Source: a bacterium
GTDB taxonomy: Bacteria > Desulfobacterota > DSWW01
DNA length: 64,000 nucleotides
Direction of reading: 5' to 3'
NCBI GenBank assembly: GCA_040756235.1
Contig: JBFLZG010000114.1
Span: forward strand, 64,001 to 128,000
How positions within the stretch are numbered: position 1 is the first letter of the stretch; every line of letters starts with the position of its first letter. The notes below the pieces were generated by a model. The model ran no database searches. It saw only the letters and a program-made list of their open reading frames with translations, and was not told where the DNA came from. The translations under genes and the position numbers were made by a program. Positions 54,101 through 61,345 of this stretch are shown piece by piece.

Positions 54101-57035
54101 CTTTCTCCTCGGCTCCTCGAGCCTGGCTTTCTCGACGGCAGCCGAGGAGGCAGCAGCACACTCGGGCGGGATCTGCGGATCCACCAAGGCCTTTCAGCAG
54201 GAGTTTCCCGGGAGCTCGTGCACGGTGCTCGACCTGGACGCCGCACTTCGGCTCGAGGACAAATGGAGGTTCATCGAGCAGGAGCTCTTCGCGGCAGGGC
54301 CCCTGGAAGTGGGTCGGGACCAGAGGGGCTGCCGCACAGGCATATCGCTCGAGCCGGTCAAGCAACCCGGATCGCCTGCCCGGGCGATCCGGCCCGGGGA
54401 CGTGATCCTGGCTACCGGGGGCGCCAAGGGGATCACCGCGGAATGTCTCAAGGCCCTGGCAAGGAGGGGAGCTTCCCGCATCGCCATGCTCGGCACGAGC
54501 CCGGAACCGGGGCATGAAGACGCTGCGAGAATGAGCTATTCGAGCGATCAGTGGGCCGGGCAGAAGAAGGCGCTCATCGAGCAGGCCCGCTCCGGAGGAG
54601 GGAAACCGAAGCCTGCGGAGCTGGAGTCTCGATGGTCTCAGATGAAGGGCATGGCCGAGGCGGCCAGGACCTTCGAGGCATTGCGTCAGACCGGGGCCGA
54701 GATCCTCTACCTGCAGGCAGACGTCGCGGATCCTGCGGGTCTCGCCGCCGCCGTCCGGCAGGTGAAGTCCCGCTGGGGCCGGATCGACATGGTCATCCAC
54801 GGGGCGGGAAGGGAGGAGAGCAAGAGCCTGGCGAAGAAATCGGCGGGCACGATGAGGAGGCTCTACGATATCAAAGTCGCTGGCCTGCAGAACCTGCGCA
54901 CGGCCGTGGGGGATGCGGGGATGCAGCCGGAGCTCTGGATCCTCTTCTCCAGCGTCAGCGGCCGATTCGGCAACGCCGGCCAGAACGACTACAGCGCCGC
55001 CAACGAGGCCCTCAACTTTGCCGCGCGCTTTCACCGGCTGCATGCGAAGGGTGCGCGCTTCCTGGCGCCCAACTGGGGCCCTTGGGCGGAAGTGGGCATG
55101 GCGGCCCGAGGCAGCACGCCCGAGGCGATGAAGGCCAAGGGAATCGCCCTCCTGCCGCCCGGGGAAGCGACCGATGCGCTTTCCAGGCTCATCGGCCGCT
55201 CCGATCTGGCGGGCGATCTGATCGTGACCGGCAAGCTCGGGGAGGATTTCGGCCGGGACGCTCTGGCGTCGCAAGCGGAACGGGAAGCATTGGAGCAGAG
55301 AGTGGCTTCCGACCTGGGAAGCCTCGGCGCCGAGGTCCGGGAATACGTGCCGGGCGTGAGGCTGGTCTTGCGCCTGGATCTTTCTCCGGCGACAGCGAAT
55401 TTTCTCGATCACCACCGCATCTCCGGAACCGCGGTCCTGCCGGGCGTGGCGGCCCTGGGGCTCTTCGCCTATGGAGCCGCTCGGCTCGCCGGCTCCCGGC
55501 ACCTTCACGGGTTCGAAGACGTGGTATTCGAGAGACCTCTCAAGTTCCATCAGGACCGGACCACGCCGGTTGAAATCGAGCTGAGCCGAGCAGGCGAGGC
55601 GGGCGGCGGCGATGGGAGAATGGTCTTCGATGCGTGCCTGAGAAGCTACCTGCCGCCTCTCCCCAAGGCTTCCGCGCCTGCGCCGCGGGAAATCCTGCAT
55701 CACCGAGCCCGGGCGGTCACGGGCCGCGCACCCGTTGTCCTCGAGCCCTCGAGCCTTCCGGCGTTGCCGATCGGTGAGATCGTCTCCAAGCGGGAGATCT
55801 ACGAGAGACTGTTTCATGGGCCGCTCTTCCAGGTCCTCTCCTCGGTCCAGGGATGCGCGGACCGCTGCCTGCAGGCGCAGATGGATCCCGAGAGGAACGT
55901 GCTGCTCGGAGGGCAGGGAAGCCCGATGGAGGGCACGCGCCCTGCCCTGGTCGAGGCCGGCTTTCAGGCTGCCGGACTCTGGGCCATGATCGAGCGCCGC
56001 GTAGTCTGCCTGCCCCATCGAGTGGAACGAATCATCCTCGCGAGCGCGAGCGGCCCTCCGTCCCGGGTGCAGGCGGCCCATCGTGAGTACCGGGCCGGAG
56101 AGCACCCGCAGTACGTCTTCGATGCAGAGATTCAGGACCGCGCAGGCCGGCCCGCGGCCCGGCTGGAGGGGCTCTCCCTGATCCAGATGGACACGCTTCC
56201 GGAAGCGCTCGGCTTTCGCATCGAGGGGGCGGCATCGGAGAGAGAAGAGCACGGCTTCATCGAGGAGCTCGTCTTCATCTCCGATCTCCGGAAAACCCTG
56301 GAGGCGAAGGGCAGCGCCGGAATCCGGGAGATCCTGCACCCTGCGGAGCTCGAGGTCTTCCGAAAATGGAAACACCCGACCCGGGCCTGGGCGTGGCTGG
56401 GCGGACGGGCGGCTGCCAAGAAGGCCCTGCACAGGTTTCTCCGGGAAAGGAGAGGAGAGGATCTTCCGCTCCGGGAGATCCTGATCTGGAACGATGAAGC
56501 GGGCAAGCCCTTCTGCAACGTTGCCGGCGTGCACCTGTCGATCGCCCACAAGGAGACGATGGCCCTGGGCGCGGTCGCGGACGAGGAGGAGTTCGACGGG
56601 ATCGGGGTCGACCTGGAGGCCGTCGCCTCCCTGGATCCTGCAACGGTGGAGCAGTTCTTCACGGCCGGGGAGCAGCAGCTCGCCATGGAGATGATCCGGC
56701 GTTCGGGAAGGGACGGGATGGCCTGTTTCAGCCACCTCTGGTCCCTGAAGGAGGCGGCGCTGAAGACGTTGGGGCTGGGTCTGAGGGTCGACACGCGGCA
56801 GGTCGAAGTGACCGCCGTGTCTCCTGCGGGCCGAGCCGAGATCGCGCTGCACGACGTGCCCCCGGGCGACGGCAGCGGAGCCGGCCCTTGCCCTCACCGC
56901 GGCCTGTCCGCCTGGATCGAGGAGAGAGAGGGGCACGTCATCGCACGATCCTGGTTCAGGCGATGCAGCTCCTGCAGACCCCAGGCAGAGAGAGAAGATG
57001 CATCGAGCGAGGTGAGGCAACATGAAAGGATTTGA
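48162..57035 (+). CDS. iterative type I PKS/FAS: KS-AT-KS-ACP-ACP-KR-DH-PPTase
   Basis: KS1 DAACAS/HGTAT/GHLKSAAG; AT PGQGSQ/GHSLG/AAFHS; KS2 NGACAS/HETYT/GHPLG; two ACPs LEADLGIDTIKQAE; KR TGGAKGIT/GQNDYSAAN; DH HRISGTAVLPG; PPTase GKP/SIAH/GVDLE/WSLKEAALK. Confidence 0.93.
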   Translation: MSTDEARQLGKALDVAIVGLGGIFPDAPGIGAFWANIRGGRNSIAEIPPERWDPQVFFHPDRHAPDKTYCKIGAFIRGFKFDPLRYQIPPRTARQMDRSQQLAIAAVEEAIQDAGLCREVLREKSTAVILGNTLGGESIDRSALRVYASWMARELAARGLGPPAKTNGSLESSICEILDQLAPALNEDSLPGELPNVIAGRVAAVFDLHGQSCVVDAACASAMAAVAQAVRVLRMEEADLAISGGVDSNMSPSVFVKFSKIGALSPDGSRPFDRKANGFVMGEGAGILVLKRLEDAIRDRDRIYAVIKGVGASSDGKGKGITAPNPEGQRRAIEAAFRTAGICPSTVGLVEAHGTATPVGDRTELSVLEGFWKSAGAASQGTAIGSIKSQIGHLKSAAGAASLVKTALAVHHGILPPSINCPEPLPSLCNGSPFFIPSSEMPWPSGDRPRRAAVSAFGFGGTNFSIVLEQAPSASPARCNKNKPEKEKSMPVEVRATPAPRFYPIVAADRSRPALRRKLEDLCARFRTCEDLREWSERERTPAGSDRFRVALAAATPEDLRARIQPVLAMLEDPSRDELAAARGIHVVANPCGQDAKVAFLFPGQGSQYAFMLHDLKETYPIVRKTFEEADTVLAGLLDRPLSRYIFSEEDREGAEDYLRQTRITQPAVLAADTAMFRLLTSLGISPDMVAGHSLGEYGACVAAGVLSFPDALHAVSLRGKAMAEIDVPDPGKMVAVVADESTVLRLAQGIPGYLEIANKNGPLQMVVAGESQPIQVFQEKCARAGINSVELNVSAAFHSKIVAVAKGPYGRVLRELEMRPPRIPIYANLTGDLYPADAGATGKILELLNEQFAAPVEWIKTMENMYSDGARVFIECGPKKVLSNLARMNLEGRPALVLDSNHPKKPALEQLCSLVALLRANGREAHWPGGNGSFPREIGIPAPSPARVPAPATEQAASSAAGKETQPGRSQSSPKERSQSSGAGGAAFPVMTGYSLGFPSFERGLFDPMNMAEVMQGRGFISPLSDEERHKVLDKGVRRLEKKPDGETYFHDVEALEEVIQLAGIKGPFDLVEEYGVDERLAKYMDASSKMAIAAALEALRDAGIPLVRSYKRTKSGRLLPGQWMLPESLRDETGVIFASALPNGDTLVEEVTAYLKAKLNAHARKLWVDSVSSILPKLRDPDARDLIGQWFSETFAQLKSEIGDDAYHITDGFLFKACTLGHAQVAQYVGARGPNTNVNGACASMAQAVIIARDWIVTGRAKRVLVVGADDSTNQTLLQWVGTGFLASGAASTKARVEEAALPFDNRRNGMILGSGAVGVVLEADEEAEHRGVKPVARLIETEFANSAYHVSRLEVDHIAAVMERMISRWERESGGDRHALARDLIFMSHETYTPKRGGSAQAEVEALKRVFGPAHKDILITNVKGYTGHPLGGGLEEGVVLACLEQGQVPPLPNFREVDPELGELNYSKGGPHKFKHALRLAAGFGSQICLTLVEYAGRTPDDKVLPRYQEWLREVVGSPRVELEVVKNVLRVAENGSDQKEAPSDSPAAPAAAASIPAARPDPVPPTRAAQPQEGPRAPSRREPVEKPGRSATGEQDVLEEVIGAQSGPQPINGENAVAEAVLSLVAEKTGYPPDMLDLDLDLEADLGIDTIKQAELFGEIRKAFALPPAEGLKIADFPTLRRVIQWAEGRLAANLPTAPLPPAQLTDPVREVDSSKAAPQPLPGQVRTTTEAPAGKQDLLLPAAEPKGAAEGEVTASILSMVAEKTGYPPDMLDLDLDLEADLGIDTIKQAELFGEIRKAFALPPAEGLKIADFPTLRRIVRWVEGRIAESAGSAGPGEAGQQAVASETGGPSLSMIDTLVPVPVDLPDVSKESPVPEPGCVLLAGGPEELCILLSRSLQARGIRCVRAARDVLLQDDSWLRGLAGTPEAGVVNLLGLEPGPQSVYATFALNRALAAQHEVTPTRILAVIAMGGSFLLGSSSLAFSTAAEEAAAHSGGICGSTKAFQQEFPGSSCTVLDLDAALRLEDKWRFIEQELFAAGPLEVGRDQRGCRTGISLEPVKQPGSPARAIRPGDVILATGGAKGITAECLKALARRGASRIAMLGTSPEPGHEDAARMSYSSDQWAGQKKALIEQARSGGGKPKPAELESRWSQMKGMAEAARTFEALRQTGAEILYLQADVADPAGLAAAVRQVKSRWGRIDMVIHGAGREESKSLAKKSAGTMRRLYDIKVAGLQNLRTAVGDAGMQPELWILFSSVSGRFGNAGQNDYSAANEALNFAARFHRLHAKGARFLAPNWGPWAEVGMAARGSTPEAMKAKGIALLPPGEATDALSRLIGRSDLAGDLIVTGKLGEDFGRDALASQAEREALEQRVASDLGSLGAEVREYVPGVRLVLRLDLSPATANFLDHHRISGTAVLPGVAALGLFAYGAARLAGSRHLHGFEDVVFERPLKFHQDRTTPVEIELSRAGEAGGGDGRMVFDACLRSYLPPLPKASAPAPREILHHRARAVTGRAPVVLEPSSLPALPIGEIVSKREIYERLFHGPLFQVLSSVQGCADRCLQAQMDPERNVLLGGQGSPMEGTRPALVEAGFQAAGLWAMIERRVVCLPHRVERIILASASGPPSRVQAAHREYRAGEHPQYVFDAEIQDRAGRPAARLEGLSLIQMDTLPEALGFRIEGAASEREEHGFIEELVFISDLRKTLEAKGSAGIREILHPAELEVFRKWKHPTRAWAWLGGRAAAKKALHRFLRERRGEDLPLREILIWNDEAGKPFCNVAGVHLSIAHKETMALGAVADEEEFDGIGVDLEAVASLDPATVEQFFTAGEQQLAMEMIRRSGRDGMACFSHLWSLKEAALKTLGLGLRVDTRQVEVTAVSPAGRAEIALHDVPPGDGSGAGPCPHRGLSAWIEEREGHVIARSWFRRCSSCRPQAEREDASSEVRQHERI
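53048..53626 (+). repeat. tandem ACP-coding direct repeat (53048-53215 and 53459-53626)
   Basis: 168-bp copies 411 bp apart; by eye 5 differences, all synonymous third positions. Confidence 0.9.
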
Positions 57036-58866
57036 CTATTCCGATCTGCGGTTCGTGTTCGAGCACGGCATCCCGTGGGCCCGGATCGGGGAGGCCAGGG
57101 GGCAGACCGAGGACTGGTCCGGGGAATACCTCATGACCCTGGACAACGCGGCCAGGTTTTGCCGCGACAAGGTCGCTCCCCGGGCCGCGCTCGCGGATGA
57201 AGAGGAGTGCCGGCTGGAGGCGGACGAAACCGGAAAGAAGCGCGTGCGACTTCCCCGGTCGATCCTGGAAGGGCTGGAACAGCTGAAAGGGATCGGCGCC
57301 TTCTGCGGCATGACCTTCCCCGAGGAGCACGGAGGTCTCGGGTTCCCGCTCACGGTCTCTTTCGGGCTGGGCGAGGTGCTCTCCATGGGCGACTCGAGCC
57401 TGGGGCTGACCCCGATGCTCCAGGAAGGCGTCGGACAGGTGCTGCTCGAGTTCGCCGACGAGAAGGTCACGCAGGCGTACCTCCCCAAGCTCGTGAGCGG
57501 CGAGAGGATCTGCTCCATGGGCCTGACCGAGCCTGCGGCCGGCTCGGACCTGGCCAACATGCGGACGGTGGCGGTGCCTGCCGACGGCCGCGCGGGAGGC
57601 CGGCAGGCGCGCGTCCGGGAGCTGGAGCAACTGGGAAAGGTCTACCTCCTGAACGGCACCAAGATCTTCATCACGAACGGGTTCGGGGACGTGCTGGCGC
57701 TCGCCCGTACGGCGGAGGGGATCAGCACGTTTCTGGTCAGCGCCGAGGACAAGGAAGTCCCGCGCATCGAGAAGAAGCTCGGGATCCGGGGCTCCGCGAC
57801 CTGTGAGGTGCTGTTCGAGGACTCCCCCGGCATCCTCATCGGCGAGCCCGGCCGGGGGCTCGTGCCCAACATGCTCAAGCTCATGCACATCGCGCGGGTC
57901 GGGGTGGCCTGCCAGTCCCTGGGGATCGCGCAGCGGGCCCATGCGCTGGCCTTCGATTATGCCACCCGAGACCGGGTCCAGTTCGGGGTGCCGATCGCCG
58001 CTCACGGGCCGGTCCGCAAGATCCTCTTCGAGAACGAGCTGCAGCTCCAGGCCACGCGGGCCTTGACCTATCTGGCCTCCGCCTATTTCGATCTGAAGGA
58101 GTCGACCCGGCTGACGATGCGGAGTCTCGATCCTCAGGGTCCGGCGGCACCCGAGCTGAAGAGCCGGCTCGCCCGCTACGCACGCATCGTCGACCTGCTG
58201 GTCCCGATGTGCAAGTACGACGCCGCCGAGCTGGCCAACCAGGTCGCCTATTCCTCCCTGCAGGTGTTCGGCGGCTACGGCTTCACCCGGGAATACCCGC
58301 TCGAGCGCCTCTACCGGGACGTGCGGATCACCAGCATCTACGAGGGGACGAGCCAGATCCAGCTGAGGGAGGTGTTCAACGGGGCGTACTCGACGGAGAA
58401 GATCGGGCTCCTCAACCAGCTCAAATGCGGCGGCGGCCGGACGTTCGTGGAGACGGACAGGAACCGCCTGTTCGTCGATCTCCTTCTGGACGAGCTCGCC
58501 GGCGAGATCCGGAGCCTGGGCGGGTCGGCACCCTGGCTGCAGGGGGTCCAGGAGATGCGCGCTTGTCTGAGAAGGGCCCGGGAGGAATGCTTCCTCCAGG
58601 AGCAGAAGCGCGCCAGGGAAGCCGGGAAGAGCTACCTTTCTCTCTACCAGAGAGAATTCGTGGATCTGCTGGGCCTCAGCTTCAAGGCCCTGGCCCTCAT
58701 GCGGCAGGCCCTCGCCTCGCCTGCCAAGATCGCGGCGGCCGGCGCGTTCGTCGAAAGGGCCGTGCCGCTGGCCGAGTACCTCGAGAGCCGCATTCGACGC
58801 GGCACCGACGATCTGATCACGGATGGTTATGAGGCGGTCATGCACATGGCCCAGGCCGTAGCCTAG
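57022..58866 (+). CDS. acyl-CoA dehydrogenase family protein
   Basis: PEEHGGLG, MGLTEP.AGSD, LNGTKIFITNG, EKKLGIRGS.T, R.QFG.PI, GGYGF.REYP.ERLYRD.RI..IYEGT; overlaps the PKS end by 14 bp. Confidence 0.93.
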   Translation: MKGFDYSDLRFVFEHGIPWARIGEARGQTEDWSGEYLMTLDNAARFCRDKVAPRAALADEEECRLEADETGKKRVRLPRSILEGLEQLKGIGAFCGMTFPEEHGGLGFPLTVSFGLGEVLSMGDSSLGLTPMLQEGVGQVLLEFADEKVTQAYLPKLVSGERICSMGLTEPAAGSDLANMRTVAVPADGRAGGRQARVRELEQLGKVYLLNGTKIFITNGFGDVLALARTAEGISTFLVSAEDKEVPRIEKKLGIRGSATCEVLFEDSPGILIGEPGRGLVPNMLKLMHIARVGVACQSLGIAQRAHALAFDYATRDRVQFGVPIAAHGPVRKILFENELQLQATRALTYLASAYFDLKESTRLTMRSLDPQGPAAPELKSRLARYARIVDLLVPMCKYDAAELANQVAYSSLQVFGGYGFTREYPLERLYRDVRITSIYEGTSQIQLREVFNGAYSTEKIGLLNQLKCGGGRTFVETDRNRLFVDLLLDELAGEIRSLGGSAPWLQGVQEMRACLRRAREECFLQEQKRAREAGKSYLSLYQREFVDLLGLSFKALALMRQALASPAKIAAAGAFVERAVPLAEYLESRIRRGTDDLITDGYEAVMHMAQAVA

Positions 58867-58907
58867 GAGGCCGTCGATCAACGGCCATCTGCGGCGTTGC
58901 GCTCATG
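58866..58907 (+). mobile_element. left-end fragment of the MITE-like repeat
   Basis: GGAGGCCGTCGATCAACGGCCATCTGCGGCGTTGCGCTCATG, starting at the TAG stop. Confidence 0.6.
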
Positions 58908-58934
58908 ACGTATTTTTTGGGGGGAGGGTTTGAC

Positions 58935-60188
58935 ATGGCGACCAATCTGACTGAAGGACTCATGAAGAGTCGGTACGCGGACTTCGATGAGGGCGCCCGG
59001 TCCGCCGAGATCTTCGACAAGGCCTACCGTTTCGGACTGCTGGGCGAGATCCGCAATGCCGGACTGTACCCGTACTACAAGACCATTCAGAGGAATGACG
59101 GCGCGGTGGCGCTGATCGACGGCAAACAAACCCTCATGTTCGGCTCCAACAACTACCTCGGGCTCACGGCCCATCCGGAGGTCAGGAAGGCGGCCGCGGA
59201 CGCGGCGCTGGAATACGGCACCAGCATGACCGGCTCGCGTCTGCTGAACGGGTCGACGCCTCTGCACGAGGCGCTGGAAGAGGACCTTGCGAGCTTCGTC
59301 GGCAAGCCGGACGCCCTGGTCTTCGCGACCGGCTACCAGTCCAACGTGGGCGCCATCAGCGCCCTGGTCGGCAAGGGATCGTGCGCCGTCGTAGACCGAT
59401 TGTCACACGCGAGCATCCACGACGCGCTCCGGGTTGCCAAGGGAGAGTCGAAGAAGTTCAACCACAATGACATGGGGGATCTGGAGCGAGCGCTGCAGGA
59501 GTTGCCGCGCGAGACGGGCAAGATCATCGTGGTGGACGGAGTCTTCAGTATGGAGGGGGACGTCGCCAGGCTGCCGGAGATCGTCGCTCTCGCGAGACGG
59601 CACGACACGCGGATCTACGTGGACGATGCCCACGGCATCGGCGTCCTGGGAAACGGCGGAAGGGGCACTGCAGATCATTTCGGGCTCGCCGACCAGGTCG
59701 ATCTCATCATGGGGACGTTCAGCAAGTCCCTGGCCTCGATCGGCGGATTCGTCGCCGGCCAGAAGAGCATCGTCGACTATATCCGGCACTTCGGAAGGGC
59801 CATCCTGTTCAGCGCGAGCCTCGCTCCTCCGAATGTGGCCGCAGCCAGGAAAGCTCTCGAAATCATCCGGAGGGAGCCCGAGCGCGTGCAAAGGGTGCTG
59901 AAGAACGGGAGAAGGCTCCGCGACGGACTGCGGCAGTGCGGCTTCGAGGTCGGCCGGAGCGAGACGGCGGTCGTTCCGGTGGTGACGGGCGCCGAGCTCC
60001 CGACGCTTCTCATGTGGCGCGACCTCCTGGACGCGGGGGTGTTCGTCAACCCCGTGCTGTATCCCGCGGTGCCCAGGGACAAGGCCCTTCTGCGTACCAG
60101 TACGCTGGCCACGCATACGGAAGAACAGATCGATCTGGCCATCGAGAGGATGGAGCGGGTCGGCAAAAACCTGGGCGTGATTGCGTAG
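58935..60188 (+). CDS. PLP alpha-oxoamine synthase, serine palmitoyltransferase-like
   Basis: GLYPYY..I, LMFGSNNYLGLT, GSRLLNG, TGYQSN.G, HASI.D, DGVFSMEGD, DDAHG.G, GTFSKSLASIGGF (PLP Lys). Confidence 0.88.
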   Translation: MATNLTEGLMKSRYADFDEGARSAEIFDKAYRFGLLGEIRNAGLYPYYKTIQRNDGAVALIDGKQTLMFGSNNYLGLTAHPEVRKAAADAALEYGTSMTGSRLLNGSTPLHEALEEDLASFVGKPDALVFATGYQSNVGAISALVGKGSCAVVDRLSHASIHDALRVAKGESKKFNHNDMGDLERALQELPRETGKIIVVDGVFSMEGDVARLPEIVALARRHDTRIYVDDAHGIGVLGNGGRGTADHFGLADQVDLIMGTFSKSLASIGGFVAGQKSIVDYIRHFGRAILFSASLAPPNVAAARKALEIIRREPERVQRVLKNGRRLRDGLRQCGFEVGRSETAVVPVVTGAELPTLLMWRDLLDAGVFVNPVLYPAVPRDKALLRTSTLATHTEEQIDLAIERMERVGKNLGVIA

Positions 60189-60206
60189 CGGCTGCCCCCT
60201 CTCGCT

Positions 60207-61034
60207 CTACTTCTGCAGGCGGTAGCGCGTGTAGACCAGCTCCCTGTTTTGAAAGCGGAGATAAGGCCCGGAGCCTTCCAGCGCGGCAAAGTGCGCCAGG
60301 AGGCGGTGCAGGAAGCGCGGCGCGAGGCGCTCGATCAACTCTTCCACGTCGCCCGTCGTTTGCCGCAGGGCCTCCACCACCCGGGGCGTAATATCCTCCT
60401 TTTCCAGCACCCCGAACCCGGCCGCGGCGAGGCCCGCGTCGACCTCGGCCGCCCGGTCCGCAGGCCGGAAGTCGGCGTACAGGAACTGCCCTGCCGGGCG
60501 CAGCACCCGGTGCACCTCACGGTAGAACACGGGAGGGTTCGGGTAACAGTGGGAGGCTTCTACGTTCACTACCGCATCGAGGCTGGCGGCAGGCAGCGGC
60601 AGATCCTCGGCATCGCCGACCCGGTAGAGAATCCCCAGATGCCCGTGCCGGGCACGGCAGTAATCGATGGCCGCCGGATTCTGGTCGATGGCCGTGAAGG
60701 AACCGGGGCGGTGATACCGCTGGATGAAGGAGGACCCGCCGCCGTGGCCGCAGCTGACTTCGAGGATGGCCTTTCCTGCCAGCGCGGCGCCTTCGACCAC
60801 GCGCTGGTAGAGCAGGATCATGGGGCGGTCGGGCTCGTCGCAGGATTCCAGCGCCAGAGTGGGGCTGCCCGGCGGAGGGACGTATCCGTAGTTGAGAAAG
60901 GTCACCGCACGGCCGTGCTTGCGGATCCGTCCGGTCAGGTAGCCGTACCATTTCCTCCAGAGGAAGCGGCGCACGGCGGGCGTGAACAGCCGCGGCACAA
61001 GCCTGTTCGAGATGGACTGCCGTATGCCCGACAT
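60207..61034 (-). CDS. class I SAM methyltransferase, mycobacterial lipid O-methyltransferase-like (phthiotriol/Mtf2 type)
   Basis: FLNYGY, LEVSCGHGGG, GDAEDLP, NVEASHCYP, VLRP.G.FLYAD.R. Confidence 0.82.
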   Translation of the reverse strand: MSGIRQSISNRLVPRLFTPAVRRFLWRKWYGYLTGRIRKHGRAVTFLNYGYVPPPGSPTLALESCDEPDRPMILLYQRVVEGAALAGKAILEVSCGHGGGSSFIQRYHRPGSFTAIDQNPAAIDYCRARHGHLGILYRVGDAEDLPLPAASLDAVVNVEASHCYPNPPVFYREVHRVLRPAGQFLYADFRPADRAAEVDAGLAAAGFGVLEKEDITPRVVEALRQTTGDVEELIERLAPRFLHRLLAHFAALEGSGPYLRFQNRELVYTRYRLQK

Positions 61035-61286
61035 GGGGCTCCTCAGCGAAGCGGCGACCCGCAAGGACCATCGGAGATTGCGAGGACCGAAGGTCCGTGG
61101 CAACCTTCCGGGCCCGACAAAAGATCCGGTGCAGGGAGATCCCTCGCTGCGCTCGGGACTTCGGGTCGCCACGCTCGACGCAGGATGGGACAAGAGGCGG
61201 CCCGCTGTCAACCGCTGCGTTCGCTCCGCGTGCGCCGGCGCCATGAAGGAAGCCCGGTCCCCTCCTCCGCCGGCGCCCGCGGCTGT

Positions 61287-61315
61287 TTGACAGGGGACAG
61301 GGTCATGCCTAGAAT
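61287..61315 (+). promoter_or_regulatory. sigma70-type promoter
   Basis: TTGACA-N17-TAGAAT, 30 bp upstream of ATG 61346. Confidence 0.8.
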
Positions 61316-61345
61316 GCGGGTAAATAACCCGCAAAGGGGCGCGCC

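Noticed and set aside
53787..57023. 1078-aa minus-strand ORF and similar long antisense ORFs (74-1453, 23786-26095, 37056-39527, 43703-45823, 48060-50159)
   Set aside because: They shadow well-supported genes on the opposite strand in GC-rich DNA and have no recognisable motifs.
48162..57035. Calling the PKS a PUFA synthase PfaA or an enediyne PKSE
   Set aside because: KS1, AT and ACPs are PfaA-like and the KR-DH-PPTase tail is PKSE-like, but no pfaBCD or enediyne thioesterase cassette is present, and the second KS fits neither.
58935..60188. bioF or kbl
   Set aside because: No biotin or threonine-catabolism neighbours; GLYPYY, LMFGSNNY and GTFSKSLASIGG look closer to bacterial SPTs. A phylogeny is still needed.
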